Shown in pieces: positions 63,156 to 64,000 of a DNA stretch of 64,000 nucleotides (the first letter of the stretch is position 1; each line of letters opens with the position of its first letter). The DNA is from Vicugna vicugna (Eukaryota): positions 2,790,911 to 2,854,910 of the forward strand of contig MU058531.1 in assembly GCA_013265495.1 (NCBI GenBank), read 5' to 3'. Below the pieces are notes generated by a model. It was not told the origin of the DNA. It did not search any database and worked only from the letters and a program-made list of their open reading frames with translations. A program made the translations under genes and the position numbers.

Positions 63156-63649
63156 CTGAAAGGGACGGGATGGAGGTCACTTCCAAGAAACACAACACTG
63201 TAAACTGCTATTTTTCTATTTGGAGATAATATACGTTTCACATGAGTGAGTCACCCAAATCTATTTCCCCACAGTCAAGAACACACATCATGGTGATGAT
63301 GTGTCTTCCCAAAGTAAATCTGCTTCCTGCAAACCGAAACTTTTAAAACAATTCTAAAGTAAGCTCAATGCAAGTGTGTCAATCAGGAGAACATACTCCT
63401 GGTCTCAACTACCTGGATTTAGGGTACTGCTTGTCATGGCTGACCTTTAAAATGACACTGGGTCTCCAGGAGTTACAGAAATTGGGCTTTCTATACACCA
63501 GATCAAGGAAGCAGTTAATCTGCTAAACATTTTTTTGATATTTCAAAGACTTTTTACTCCTTATCTTTATTACATGAATGCATATACAACCCTCTCCACT
63601 ACATTGCCACCCCTCCCCATCCCGTTAACACACGATTTGAGAGGCAACA

Positions 63650-63890
63650 GAGCATCGTGATTCACTACACAGGTTCTAGGAACCAGACTACCTGAGTTCA
63701 AATCTCTTTACTGCTTACAAGCTGTTAAGATCTTGGTCAAGTTCTTTAATCTTCCTGCACCTTGGTTTCCTCACCTGTAAAACTGAGAACAGTACCTACC
63801 TTCTAGGGTCGTTATAAGGCTTAAATGAGTTAGCATATACATAGTGCCTGGCACATGCAAAGACCTACATGAGTATTTGCTATCATTATT
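63650..63890 (+). mobile_element. MIR SINE
   Basis: gagttcaaatc...ggtttcctcacctgtaaaa...atagtgcctggcacat. Confidence 0.8.
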
Positions 63891-64000
63891 ACAGAGTAGG
63901 TCTGCCTCATCCCCAAATTCCTGAAGGTTATCATTAAAACCAACCTTACCTTTTCGTACTTTTTTTCCTAATTAAAACCATCTTTTGGGTGAGCTTAACA

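Overview
Mammalian genomic DNA, most likely camelid, judged from four tRNA-Ala-derived vic-1-type SINE heads. From about 16.7 kb to the right edge the window holds the 3' part of myoferlin (MYOF) on the minus strand. I traced 24 coding exons by hand; all have AG/GT borders and consistent phases. They correspond to human exons 32-54 (counting back from the last exon of the 54-exon gene) plus the 57-nt cassette exon 38a, and include a 12-nt microexon (LTEK). They encode the C-terminal C2 domains and the tail-anchor TM helix, followed by a stop codon, a ~520-nt 3'UTR and AATAAA. The first ~16.6 kb is intergenic and rich in L1, L2, MIR and SINE remnants. Introns carry a decayed full-length L1, solo LTRs and DNA-transposon relics; repeat family names and boundaries are by eye and approximate. 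I found no convincing undescribed biological system. The best leads are: the splicing-control architecture of exons 38a/39; a candidate 18-nt in-frame microexon at the right edge; a full-length L1 with a foreign 3' end inside one target-site duplication (TSD); a dimeric and a triply nested SINE; and an unexplained 30-bp direct repeat.
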